Source of the DNA: Myroides sp.
Lineage (GTDB): Bacteria; Bacteroidota; Bacteroidia; Flavobacteriales; Flavobacteriaceae
DNA length: 64,000 nucleotides
Assembly: GCA_036643355.1 (NCBI GenBank)
Contig: JAVXSC010000001.1
Span: 62,205-126,204, forward strand
Direction: 5' to 3'
Shown: positions 63,589-64,000 of the stretch, piece after piece
Layout of the letters: each line of letters opens with the position of its first letter
Numbering within the stretch: the first letter of the stretch is position 1
The notes under the pieces: model-generated
What the model saw: the letters and a program-made list of their open reading frames with translations, nothing else
Told to the model about the DNA's origin: nothing
Database searches by the model: none
Translations under genes and position numbers: made by a program

Positions 63589-63839
63589 ATTTATTTTTAT
63601 TTTAAGTTAATATACTTATAAAAATTTATTACTACAATAATACGATTTTAACTCTGGAATAACCACCGTTGCTTAAGATTATCATCGATTAGATCATTTT
63701 ATTTTGTTAGACAGCTACCTGAAATGCGAAATCTTTACGGGAAAAACAGCAAACCCTACCAACAGTTTACTTAGCAGCCTTAATAATATCTAGCACAGTG
63801 TTTGATGCTGCTATTACAAATAAATTCTACAAAAGGAGT

Positions 63840-64000
63840 ATGGAAACAACTGTTTTAAAAGAGGCACACCGCTTGGGATTAGGCGGGGTAGCCATAGGAA
63901 CCGCCTTTGAAAACATAACGGATGAAGCGGCCGCAGTGATTTTACAATCGGCTTGGGATTCGGGAATACGTTATTACGATACGTCACCGTGGTACGGACT
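63840..64000 (+). CDS. Aldo/keto reductase, partial (runs off the window)
   Basis: RLGLGGVAIG...AWDSGIRYYDTSPWYG. Confidence 0.88.
   Translation, partial: METTVLKEAHRLGLGGVAIGTAFENITDEAAAVILQSAWDSGIRYYDTSPWYG

Noticed and set aside
1-64000. Integron integrase, tRNA, rRNA, CRISPR-cas
   Set aside because: No tyrosine-recombinase motifs in any ORF, and no cloverleaf, rRNA or repeat-spacer pattern seen by eye.

Overview
Low-GC Bacteroidota DNA, most likely Flavobacteriaceae/Weeksellaceae (T9SS C-terminal sorting domain, TAnnTTTG -7 promoters, A-rich translation starts). It is an accessory-rich region with no rRNA, tRNA or CRISPR seen. (1) 0.1-12.6 kb is an integron-like gene-cassette region with no integrase in the window. 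A P-type ATPase, an AraC/two oleate hydratase/3-hydroxyacyl-CoA dehydrogenase block and two HEPN-like genes each start just after a GTT core; the first three end at its reverse complement, the fourth only weakly. There is a duplicated promoter plus 57-bp leader, a duplicated 176-bp structured trailer, and one attC-like hairpin interrupted by a group IIC intron. The intron RT ORF is broken by two related 50-bp insertions whose removal restores one 431-aa frame. (2) 13-21 kb: Czc-type efflux, CDF and an exported SOD. (3) 21-29.4 kb: damage-tolerance cluster (exonuclease, alkB, dnaE, dinB, XRE-S24 repressor with palindromic operators). (4) 29.4-33 kb: small phage/satellite-like module among nested hairpin repeats. 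(5) 34-44 kb: IS remnants, a MarR-TolC-HlyD-permease operon and more decayed cassettes. (6) 44-54 kb: solo TIR protein, qNor, T9SS cargo, and three loci of short tandem promoter-terminator units (candidate sRNA arrays, five of eight beginning with TTCAT, antisense to ATGAA). (7) 55-64 kb: general stress genes. All calls are by eye from the sequence; no searches were run.
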